Source: Patescibacteria group bacterium
Lineage (GTDB): Bacteria; Patescibacteriota; Patescibacteriia; SG8-24; DYFX01
Length of the DNA: 64,000 bases
Assembly (NCBI GenBank): GCA_041659045.1
Contig: JBAZZB010000001.1
Location: 6,111-70,110 of the forward strand
Direction of reading: 5' to 3'
The notes beneath the pieces were generated by a model, which worked only from the letters and a program-made list of their open reading frames with translations, was not told the DNA's origin and made no database searches. This document shows, piece by piece, positions 1 to 8,622 of this stretch. The stretch's first letter is position 1. Every line of letters begins with the position of its first letter. Position numbers and translations under genes: made by a program.

Positions 1-1862
1 AAGGTCCGGTGACCGTGCGTGTCAGAGTCGACATGATCCGTACGCGCCGCTCGGCTCGGCAGAATATGTTGCTGACGGAGGCGACGGTTTCCGACGATGT
101 TGGAACAGCCAAAGTTGTGTGGTTCCGGCAACCCTACATTTCGAAAGTCTTGAAGCCGGGGGATCGCGTGCTTTTGTCCGGACGTTTGGAATCAAAACCG
201 TGGGGTTTGGAATTGGTGAATCCGGCGTATGAAAAAGAGCACGCGGGCGCCTCGGTCCACACGGGACGCTTGGTTCCGATCTATTCCATTTCAGGTGCCT
301 TAACGACGAAGCAGATCCGCGCCGTATTACATCTCGCGCTGCCGGCAGCGGAAGCGATTGAGGAAACATTGCCCGCAGAACTTCTCACGCGTCACGATTT
401 GGTACCGCTCGCGACGGCGCTTCGGATGATCCACTTTCCGGAATCGATGGAGGAAGCCGAAAAGGCCGATCGCCGTTTTCGTTTTGAGGAGTTGTTTTTC
501 TTTCAGTTACGCGGCGCTTGGGCGAGACGCGCGCTTGAACGCAAGGTGGCCGTCACGGTGCCGTTCGATCAAACCGCGATTCGGGAATTTGTCGCCTCGC
601 TGCCGTTTGCGCTGACGGACGACCAGAAGCGCGTCGCTTGGAGGATTCTCCAAGACCTGGAAGTCGGACGCCCGATGCAGCGTTTGGTAGAAGGGGATGT
701 TGGCAGTGGCAAAACCGTCGTGGCGCTCATGGCCATGTATGCCTGTGCCTTGGTGGGGCATCGGAGCTTGCTTATGGCGCCGACGGAAATATTGGCCGAG
801 CAACATTACGCGACGATCTCGCGACTTTTAGCGAACACACCATTTCGCGCCGCGCTCCGTACGGCCTCGCACAAGGAGTCCCACGATGATGCTTCAATCG
901 TCGTCGGCACGCACGCCTTGCTGACCAAGGGATTTATCCCGAAATATGTCGCGCTCGTTGTCGTTGATGAACAACATCGTTTCGGCGTGGGGCAGAGACA
1001 AGCGCTTCTTTCAAAACTTCCGAGCACGGCAAAAGAGGAGATCCCACATTTCCTGTCGATGACCGCGACACCGATTCCGCGCTCCTTGGCGCTGGCACTC
1101 TACGGCGACGTCGACTTTTCCGCGCTGCGTCAGATGCCAGCTGGTCGACGCCCGGTTGAGACAGCGTTGATTGGAGAGCGCGATCGCCAAGCGATGATGG
1201 CGCACGTGCGTGCCGAGGCGTCCGAAGGTCGCAAGACGTTTGTTGTCTGTCCGCTGATCGAAGCGTCAGATACGCTTGGCGTAAAATCGGTCGAGGAAGA
1301 AGCGCAGCGTTTGCGCGCGGAGCTGCCCGGCCTTGAGGTTGGCCTGCTGCATGGACGCATGAAGTCCGACGCCAAGCGCGAAATGATGGCGCGCTTTGCG
1401 CAGGGAGATTTGCACGTGCTCGTTTCGACGACGGTCATTGAAGTCGGCGTCGACGTACCGCTTGCGACCGTCATGATTATCGAAGGTGCAGAGCGCTTCG
1501 GCATGGCGCAGCTGCATCAATTGCGCGGCCGCGTCGGGCGATCGTCCTTGCCATCGCGCTGCTACCTCGCCCCTTCCCACGGCGCGCCGCAGGTTGTGGA
1601 GCGCCTGCGTTCTTTCGCGCAGGCCAAAGATTGTTTTGAATTGTCCGAGCTCGATCTGCGTTTCCGCGGCCCCGGCAGCCTCTTCGGAGAAGAGCAGTCC
1701 GGTTTCGCTGATCTCCAACGCTTCCGCCCTGGTGACGCGCAGTTGATTGAAGAAACGCGAGAAGCGGTTCGGATGCTGACGGAATCTGATCCCGATCTTG
1801 AGAATCATCCGCTCCTCAAAAAGAAAATCTCGGCCGAAGCCGAGAAGGTGCATTTGGAGTGA
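1..1862 (+). CDS. recG: ATP-dependent DNA helicase RecG (5'-partial)
   Basis: Wedge OB region, GDVGSGKT, DEQHRFG, MTATPIPR, QLRGRVGR and DLRFRGPG motifs; the frame is open to the window edge. Confidence 0.96.
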   Translation, partial: GPVTVRVRVDMIRTRRSARQNMLLTEATVSDDVGTAKVVWFRQPYISKVLKPGDRVLLSGRLESKPWGLELVNPAYEKEHAGASVHTGRLVPIYSISGALTTKQIRAVLHLALPAAEAIEETLPAELLTRHDLVPLATALRMIHFPESMEEAEKADRRFRFEELFFFQLRGAWARRALERKVAVTVPFDQTAIREFVASLPFALTDDQKRVAWRILQDLEVGRPMQRLVEGDVGSGKTVVALMAMYACALVGHRSLLMAPTEILAEQHYATISRLLANTPFRAALRTASHKESHDDASIVVGTHALLTKGFIPKYVALVVVDEQHRFGVGQRQALLSKLPSTAKEEIPHFLSMTATPIPRSLALALYGDVDFSALRQMPAGRRPVETALIGERDRQAMMAHVRAEASEGRKTFVVCPLIEASDTLGVKSVEEEAQRLRAELPGLEVGLLHGRMKSDAKREMMARFAQGDLHVLVSTTVIEVGVDVPLATVMIIEGAERFGMAQLHQLRGRVGRSSLPSRCYLAPSHGAPQVVERLRSFAQAKDCFELSELDLRFRGPGSLFGEEQSGFADLQRFRPGDAQLIEETREAVRMLTESDPDLENHPLLKKKISAEAEKVHLE

Positions 1863-1863
1863 G

Positions 1864-2202
1864 TCAGCGATCCTTGAGTCCGGCGGCGATGACCGCTCGA
1901 ATTTCGCGTGCGAGGCCGTCGGCATCGAGCCCGGCGAGATGGGCCAGCTGGAAACCGTTGATGATCATCTTGGCTGCCAAGGTTTTAAACTTGCGCCGCG
2001 TGCCGTGATGAAGCTTCTTGCCGTGATCGAGAGCTTCTTCGATGGCGGCTAGGCCGCCGAGGCTCTTGAGCGCATGGAGTAGTACATGATGCCGCGCGAA
2101 TCGGTCGAGTTCCCGCGCACTCGCGCCATCGAGGCTCGGGTACGCACTGTCAGTCCAAGGCCAGTTCACGATCGCGTCTGAGAACAGCTTTCGAAAGGAC
2201 AT
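1864..2202 (-). CDS. Hypothetical protein (112 aa)
   Basis: ATG preceded by AGGAGGAG SD; fills the intergenic gap; no recognisable family. Confidence 0.6.
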   Translation of the reverse strand: MSFRKLFSDAIVNWPWTDSAYPSLDGASARELDRFARHHVLLHALKSLGGLAAIEEALDHGKKLHHGTRRKFKTLAAKMIINGFQLAHLAGLDADGLAREIRAVIAAGLKDR

Positions 2203-2284
2203 CGCTCCTCCTGAACGCAACCTAGCGTATTTCGTGATGAATGGCTAGCAAAAGAAAAGACGCGTCGGAGGACGCGTCGTTGTG

Positions 2285-2800
2285 TCAGAGGTTGGCAGAC
2301 TCGCTCGCTTCGAACTGTTCGCGGAGACGCTTGATCGCGTCGTTGCGCCAGTACTCGCCGTATTCGAGTGTCTGCCGCTCGTCCGGAGTCAGGTGCTTCC
2401 GCATGAACGCCTGGAGACGATCGCGGAGCTTGGTGAAGTCCCCACCGCGCTCCACGACGTTGTTGGGCTGCACCGCGAAGGCGTGCGTCCACCCATCGGG
2501 GGGAGCGAAGACGAGCGTCATGTTGAGGGTTGGCGGCTGGTTTGGGGAGCGCAGACAGGTCGAGAACCTCTTGGAAGGCCCTCCACTGATCTCGCGCGCC
2601 CATGACACGTTGGACTTCACGACGATCAGTACCAGCAGATTGAGGTTGCCATCCTTCCTGCGGATGATGCTGCCGAGACGGATACCCGACTCTCGGTACA
2701 GCCGCTGGGTGGTCTGGCTCTTGGTCGGTTTCCGCGCCCCAGCACCCTTCTTGCCGGTTCCTGGTGAAGATGGCGATCGAACGGTTTTCGTGGAAGACAC
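2285..2800 (-). CDS. Hypothetical protein (~171 aa, GTG start)
   Basis: AAAGGA SD before GTG, with TTGACA upstream near 2875-2880. Confidence 0.6.
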   Translation of the reverse strand: MSSTKTVRSPSSPGTGKKGAGARKPTKSQTTQRLYRESGIRLGSIIRRKDGNLNLLVLIVVKSNVSWAREISGGPSKRFSTCLRSPNQPPTLNMTLVFAPPDGWTHAFAVQPNNVVERGGDFTKLRDRLQAFMRKHLTPDERQTLEYGEYWRNDAIKRLREQFEASESANL

Positions 2801-2889
2801 GGGTGTCCTTTCCCGGCGCTTGGCCGGACTCTCTAAGAAAGTGACGCGAGTAGTAAACGCTAAAAAAGACAAAATGTCAAGGCAGACGC

Positions 2890-4194
2890 TTAAAAAAGTT
2901 TCGCGAGCGCGTCTTTCAAATGCGGCGAATTTTTCGGAGTAATCACCTGGCTGAATTGGAGTCGCTTGGCTTCCGCTTCGCGTTTGTCGACAAAGGTGAC
3001 GGGACGCAGTTCTCCGCCCAATCCAACTTCGCCGAAAGCGGCGAGTGAGGCGGGGAGTGGTTTGCCTTTGAGTGCGGAAACAACGGCAAGAACAACGGCG
3101 GCATCGGCGGCAGGTTCTTTCACTTTGTAGCCGCCCGCCACGTTGATATGGATGTCGTGCGTTTGCGTAGGAACGCCCAAGCGTTCGGAAAGAACGGCAA
3201 GGAGCACCTGCAGACGGTTAGCGTCGAAACCGGAAGCACGGCGTTGCGGATAACCGAACGTCGTGCGCGAAGCGAGTGCCTGGATTTCAACCAGAATCGG
3301 CCGCGTGCCTTCCATGATGCAGGTGACGACGGAGCCGGGAACATCTTTGGATCGGTCGTTTAAAAAGAACGACGATGGATTGGCGACTTCCTTAAGGCCG
3401 GAAGCGGTCATTTCAAACACGCCAACTTCGTCGGTTGCGCCAAAGCGGTTTTTGGCAGTGCGGAGCAATCGATAGTTGGAAGAGCGATCACCTTCAAACG
3501 ACACAACGACGTCAACGAGATGTTCGAGCGTTTTTGGTCCGGCCACATCGCCGTCTTTGGTGACCTGTCCGACGATCAGCATTGGCACGCCGCTTTTTTT
3601 GGCGTAGTCCATGAGCTGTGCCGTGAGCGCGCGGATTTGGGTTGCGCCACCTTGCGCGCCGGCCGCTTCGGGGGAGGAGAGCGTTTGGATAGAATCGATA
3701 ATGACGAGCGACGGTTTTTCAGCGTCGATCGTTGCGAGAATCGTCGTGATGTCGGTTTCGGAAAGAAATTTGAGGCTCGGCGCTGCCAAACCAAGACGTT
3801 CAAAACGCAAAGCGACCTGATCGGCCGATTCTTCACCAGAGGCGTAAAGCACGTTCGGAAGAGCGGAAGCGACTTGGAGAAGCAACGTGGACTTACCGAT
3901 ACCTGGCTCTCCCGAAAGAAGTACAAGCGAACCCGGCACGACACCACCGCCGAGCACGCGGTCGAACTCGGCGATACCGGTTGAGCGGTGCGCGGTTTTA
4001 CTGCCCTTCAGTTCAGAGAGGGAATATGTCTTTCCGGGTCGGCCAGTGAGAGCGACAGGTTTTTTTGCTTCCGGAACCGAGGCGAGCTCCGTAACCGTGC
4101 TCCAGCTTCCGCATTCCAAACAACGCCCACTCCACTTGGTGGATTGGGCGTCGCATTTGGTGCAAATGAAGAGCGCTTTCGTGGTCGCTGACAT
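2890..4194 (-). CDS. radA: DNA repair protein RadA/Sms
   Basis: C4 zinc finger, GEPGIGKS, KNRFG motif, Lon-like C-terminus. Confidence 0.96.
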   Translation of the reverse strand: MSATTKALFICTKCDAQSTKWSGRCLECGSWSTVTELASVPEAKKPVALTGRPGKTYSLSELKGSKTAHRSTGIAEFDRVLGGGVVPGSLVLLSGEPGIGKSTLLLQVASALPNVLYASGEESADQVALRFERLGLAAPSLKFLSETDITTILATIDAEKPSLVIIDSIQTLSSPEAAGAQGGATQIRALTAQLMDYAKKSGVPMLIVGQVTKDGDVAGPKTLEHLVDVVVSFEGDRSSNYRLLRTAKNRFGATDEVGVFEMTASGLKEVANPSSFFLNDRSKDVPGSVVTCIMEGTRPILVEIQALASRTTFGYPQRRASGFDANRLQVLLAVLSERLGVPTQTHDIHINVAGGYKVKEPAADAAVVLAVVSALKGKPLPASLAAFGEVGLGGELRPVTFVDKREAEAKRLQFSQVITPKNSPHLKDALAKLF

Positions 4195-4231
4195 GGACAA
4201 AGGATAGCAGAAGACGAGGCGAACGTGTCAA

Positions 4232-5416
4232 TTAGTCCGGTGACCAAGCGCTGATGAGAGGGATAAGCCGCGAGCCACATGTGCTTTTAACGCACCAGGT
4301 ACCGCCGCGCGCACGACTCTTTTCAGTGCCGCGCCCGCCACCGCCACCTTGAACCACCTGCATTTTGCCGCCCGAAGCCCAGCCCATGAAAATGACGGCG
4401 TGCGCACCCACCAAGTCTTCGTTTCCGTTATAGATGACAATACGGTCGCCTGGTCGGAGCTTGTTAGCCCAACCGTCAGGCCAATCTTTCGGAAGTCTTC
4501 CGGCGGCTTTTTCCGCGTTCATAAAATCACGGACTTTCGTCACCGCTTCGGAAGAGCTGTTTACGCACTCACCAGCAGGACGAGCCTTTCCGGGATACTC
4601 TTTTTCGACGCCGCAACGCCATCCAAAGAGGTATCTCCGTTGAGCGGTCGAGACGCTGAAGAGCTGTCGGCCTTTTCCATAATCGTTACAGTTTCCGTCC
4701 TTTGAATCGAGACATGAGACCTTACCGACGCCAGCCAGAGCAGTGATGGTACCGGCCGTATTACCGCATGATCCCCAGTTGACGTCACAGGCGTTGGCGA
4801 TGTCCGCGATCTGAATAACTCTATCGCGTGGATTCGTTGCGGTTACGGCGGAACTCATGGCAGAGCGGAATTGTACTTTTGAAGCTTTGCCGACCGTCAC
4901 GGTGAGCGGTATCGGACAGTTCGTGAAACTTGATGTGTGACTGCCGGGCAACGGTCCGCCCCCAGCGCCGCTGACGCTGTCTGATGCATCGCCGTCTTGT
5001 GCGGTTTCAACGGACGTGGTGCCCATTGTTTGAAAGTCTGCTGTCTCGGTTTGTATTTGCAGCAAACTTAAGGACTTGAACCTCACCAGATCCGGATTAA
5101 TCGTAAAGAGCAAAAGATAAGAACTCAATGCCAGAACGACGCCGATGAGCGCGTCGACGATTCTCTTTCTGGCGGCGCCAATCTTTCCAGAATCTCCCGC
5201 CGACGTTAAATACTGAAACCCGCCGATGATCATCATGACCGCGGCGACGACGCCGATGATGCTGATCAGAAACGTGTACGCGCCGCTCACGTACTGGCCA
5301 ATCCAGGGAATCGAGTACGCGTCCGTATCCGTAAGAGACGTAAGTGTGACGCCCGGGATAGGAATTTCGAGGCGTGGCGGCTCGTTTTGAGCGAGATGTG
5401 AAAATGTATCCTTCAT
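4232..5416 (-). CDS. TrbC/VirB2-pilin-like N-terminus fused to a Cys-rich putative Cys/His amidase domain
   Basis: IIGGFQYLTSAGD...A.KRI..ALIG...LL.TINP CPR pilin-like motif; C-terminal SCGNTAG...LRPGD...GAHAVIF. Confidence 0.7.
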   Translation of the reverse strand: MKDTFSHLAQNEPPRLEIPIPGVTLTSLTDTDAYSIPWIGQYVSGAYTFLISIIGVVAAVMMIIGGFQYLTSAGDSGKIGAARKRIVDALIGVVLALSSYLLLFTINPDLVRFKSLSLLQIQTETADFQTMGTTSVETAQDGDASDSVSGAGGGPLPGSHTSSFTNCPIPLTVTVGKASKVQFRSAMSSAVTATNPRDRVIQIADIANACDVNWGSCGNTAGTITALAGVGKVSCLDSKDGNCNDYGKGRQLFSVSTAQRRYLFGWRCGVEKEYPGKARPAGECVNSSSEAVTKVRDFMNAEKAAGRLPKDWPDGWANKLRPGDRIVIYNGNEDLVGAHAVIFMGWASGGKMQVVQGGGGGRGTEKSRARGGTWCVKSTCGSRLIPLISAWSPD

Positions 5417-5418
5417 AC

Positions 5419-6063
5419 TTACCGTACGGCTTCAAGAAGTTCTTCGTACGTCAGGGCGCCGACGTGGCGCTTGCCGTTGATGAAAAACGTCGGCAGCGCG
5501 TCGACGCCAAGTGCCAACCCCTCGTCGACCGTCCGTTCCACGAACGGACGCGTCGCATGGGTCCGCAAACACTCTGCAAACGATTGCATGTCGAGCCCGT
5601 TCTGCCCCGCCTCGAATGCTAAAGACGTTTCGTTAAACGAACCGGAGTAGCTGAAAAGCACTTCATGAAATTTCCAGAAGGCGCCTTGCTGTGCGGCGCA
5701 TAATCCGGCTTCGGCCGCTGTATCGGCGCCTTCGTGTAGGGGAGCGGGCATGTCTTTCCACACGTAGCGTACGCGTGTCGGTTGCTCCGCGAGCAGGCGC
5801 TGCACCGCCAACTCCGCCGTACGGCAATGCGGGCAGAGGTAATCGCCAAACTCGACGATCGTGATGCTGGCGTCTTTTGGTCCGACGATCTGGTCGATGA
5901 ACGTCACGTTCGGTTCCTCGAGTGTTCTCGTGACTGTTTCTGTTTTCGCGACGACGGGCGCGTTGCCTGAGATTGTTGCACGCACGACGTTCCAAAACAG
6001 CACAAGCACGGCTCCGCCAAGAACGAGAGCGACGAAAAGGATGAGAAAGAATTTATTTCTCAT
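5419..6063 (-). CDS. DsbA family thiol-disulfide oxidoreductase
   Basis: N-terminal TM, EFGDYLCPHC, LPTFFING. Confidence 0.92.
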   Translation of the reverse strand: MRNKFFLILFVALVLGGAVLVLFWNVVRATISGNAPVVAKTETVTRTLEEPNVTFIDQIVGPKDASITIVEFGDYLCPHCRTAELAVQRLLAEQPTRVRYVWKDMPAPLHEGADTAAEAGLCAAQQGAFWKFHEVLFSYSGSFNETSLAFEAGQNGLDMQSFAECLRTHATRPFVERTVDEGLALGVDALPTFFINGKRHVGALTYEELLEAVR

Positions 6064-6064
6064 A

Positions 6065-7282
6065 TCAGCGAAGAAGCATTTCTTTCAAGGAGCCGTCTTC
6101 TCCGGTGTAGTAGAGCTTCGTTCCGTCGGAAGAAACGACGAGTGAAGACATTGATGTGGATTCAGACGGCTGGCCGATGAATGAGGAGGTTCCGCTCACG
6201 AGGTCAATCTTCATGACGCGATCGGAAATCGTGCTCGCGATGGAGCGTTCCAAACCAGCGCCTTGCGGCAATGAAATCGGTACGGCGCAGTACAGGGTGC
6301 TGTCTCCTTGAAATGTGCATTTGTCCGCCCAAGTGTTGACGCCCAAGCTTCTGCGACTGCCGCCGACGGTATCACTGCCGGCGTCGACGATCCAAAGCAT
6401 CGGTTTGAAATCGCTAACTTGTCCGGCTGAGCTGTAAAGAAGCCGGCTGCCAGTTGGCGACCAGTTCGGTTCAAAGTCCAAGCCTTCGACGCGAAGGGCG
6501 GGGAAGTTTTCGTGGTTCTGGCCGATGACGAGCAGATCGCGCGTATCAAAGCCGACCGGATCAGCCGTGTCGGAGAAGGCGACGACGGAGGCGTCCGGAG
6601 AGACACTGACGGTGACCTTGTCGCCGTTCTGTCCGAGCGGTTCGATGAGCTTCGCGCTTGAGCCGTCGGAAGCGGCGCTGACCAGCCAGCGGTTCGCGGG
6701 GTCGAGCGCCATCGATTTTGCGATGATCGTCGAGCCGTCGCCGTTGAACGCGATTTCCTGCCAATGACTCGGCAGCGTGACCTGCTTTTGCGATTCGAAA
6801 TCGTAGATGATTTTTGAAGCGTCTGGGAACGTGAGAACGACTTTGTTGCCGGCGGGAGCCCAAACGATGTCTGTTGCGTTGCGGAAGGCTTGCGTGTTCA
6901 AGGATTCCTTCTCGCCGTTCGGCAGCACGCGGTAAAAGCGTCCTTCGATGCTGTTGTAATAGCTGAGCAGTCCGTTCGCCGCGAGTTTGGGATTGCTGGC
7001 GTTGTCTTCGGCGATCGTGACGGTCGAGCCGATGTTGGTTGTTCCGGACGCGCCAGGCGTCGCCGTGCCGGGCGACGTCGGAAGTCCGCCGGTGGGCGTT
7101 TCGGTGCCCGTTGTCGGTCTTCCTGTGCCGGCCGTTGGCAAGCCTCCCGGTGTCGTGACGCCGCCGTTGGTCGTTGGCGGAGGAGTGACCATCGGTGCGC
7201 CAAAAAAGAATCGATAGAGCAAATAGGCGAGACCGAACGTGACGCCGAGGAAGAGGACGATGATGGCAATTTTCTTGAACAT
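6065..7282 (-). CDS. Membrane-anchored TolB-like beta-propeller protein
   Basis: N-terminal TM, P/T/G-rich linker, repeated WAP.G / SPD / WSP.G blades. Confidence 0.75.
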   Translation of the reverse strand: MFKKIAIIVLFLGVTFGLAYLLYRFFFGAPMVTPPPTTNGGVTTPGGLPTAGTGRPTTGTETPTGGLPTSPGTATPGASGTTNIGSTVTIAEDNASNPKLAANGLLSYYNSIEGRFYRVLPNGEKESLNTQAFRNATDIVWAPAGNKVVLTFPDASKIIYDFESQKQVTLPSHWQEIAFNGDGSTIIAKSMALDPANRWLVSAASDGSSAKLIEPLGQNGDKVTVSVSPDASVVAFSDTADPVGFDTRDLLVIGQNHENFPALRVEGLDFEPNWSPTGSRLLYSSAGQVSDFKPMLWIVDAGSDTVGGSRRSLGVNTWADKCTFQGDSTLYCAVPISLPQGAGLERSIASTISDRVMKIDLVSGTSSFIGQPSESTSMSSLVVSSDGTKLYYTGEDGSLKEMLLR

Positions 7283-7286
7283 ACGA

Positions 7287-8606
7287 TCAGAGGAAGGGGA
7301 TTGAGTCGACGGCTCGTCCGGCATCCATGATCGCGCCAAGGATGAAACCGAGCGCTCCAAGAATGGCTAAGTCGATGATCAACACCCAGAAGGTGATGAA
7401 AAACATGGCGACGATTTCTCCGAGCTTGAGCGGGAGCAGGGCGTGCGCTGGCATTTTCTTTCCGATCTCTCCGGGGAACCATTCTTTTCCGACTTCGGGA
7501 ATGTATTGTCGCAGGTATTTCGAGGCCCAACCGGCGAAGAAGAGAATGTCGATGATGTAGATGGAATGTCCGAAGGTCATCCAGAGATTCGACCACGACA
7601 TCTTGATGAGCCCGTTGCCGAACATCTTCTTGAGATCCTCGCCGCTCATCGGTATTCCACCAGGCCCCGTGCCTCCGGACGGCGTCGCGAGTTTCATGGC
7701 CAAGCCGGTTGGCGTGGGATTCTTGATGAGCGACATCGCGTCTTTCATCGAGAGGCCGCCGCTCTTTTTTTGCATTCGATCGTTCGTGAGACGATCTCGT
7801 CGTAGACGGTTTTCAAAATTTCGCTCACGACCCTGCCTCCCTTCTCCTTTTTCACCGAAGGCCGTCTTCGTTGTCGTGCCGTCGGCGTTGCGCACGTTCA
7901 TCGAGGATCTGGCCCATAACGGCGTGCTCCTCCGCTTTCTCCGCTCTTCTTCCTCTTCCTCCTCGCTGCGGTTTCCTTTATTTCCGCCCGAGATTTTTCC
8001 GCTGAAGCCCGCCGCCTGCATTTCTTGGGTCGCTCTACCGCTTACTTCCATCTTAAAACCTTCCTCCTTTGAGAGTTTGCCCAGGTTCTTTGCGCCTTGA
8101 CCGACAGATTTCACTCCCTCGCCGACCGATTTTACGCCAGAGCCAAGGCCTGCCACGCCGGAGCCGATGCCTTTTGCTCCGGCACCGAGCGCTTTGATAG
8201 GAGCGCCGAGCACTGAACCAAGTTTGCTGGATGAAAGAGCGGAACCAAGAGCACCGGCCCCCGAACCCACACCGCGCAAACCCTTGCCCGCCATCTCGGT
8301 GCCAGCGCCGACCAATTTCGCGGTACTTCCGAGAAATTTTGTTCCCGTTCCGACGGCGTTTAGCCCCCTCCCGACCTTTTGAAGGCCGCGGCCGACTTTG
8401 ATTCCAGCCTGAGCCTCCTTAGCGTTCATCTCCCGCATCGTACGAGTGAATTCATCCTCCTCATCTTCGTCGTCCTGTGCGCCCGATTGCGCTCCGCGAG
8501 AGGCTGAGCGGATACGTGATGGAGTTTTTGCCGACCGCAAACGCCGCTCTCGTTCCGCATCAACGGAGCTCGGATGGTTCGTAGATTGCGGCTGCATTGC
8601 GGCCAT
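7287..8606 (-). CDS. Gly-rich hypothetical membrane protein
   Basis: Periodic Gly-rich segment, acidic tracts and C-terminal hydrophobic helices; co-oriented in the operon. Confidence 0.7.
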   Translation of the reverse strand: MAAMQPQSTNHPSSVDAERERRLRSAKTPSRIRSASRGAQSGAQDDEDEEDEFTRTMREMNAKEAQAGIKVGRGLQKVGRGLNAVGTGTKFLGSTAKLVGAGTEMAGKGLRGVGSGAGALGSALSSSKLGSVLGAPIKALGAGAKGIGSGVAGLGSGVKSVGEGVKSVGQGAKNLGKLSKEEGFKMEVSGRATQEMQAAGFSGKISGGNKGNRSEEEEEEERRKRRSTPLWARSSMNVRNADGTTTKTAFGEKGEGRQGRERNFENRLRRDRLTNDRMQKKSGGLSMKDAMSLIKNPTPTGLAMKLATPSGGTGPGGIPMSGEDLKKMFGNGLIKMSWSNLWMTFGHSIYIIDILFFAGWASKYLRQYIPEVGKEWFPGEIGKKMPAHALLPLKLGEIVAMFFITFWVLIIDLAILGALGFILGAIMDAGRAVDSIPFL

Positions 8607-8622
8607 ACCTCCTGGAGAGCAA

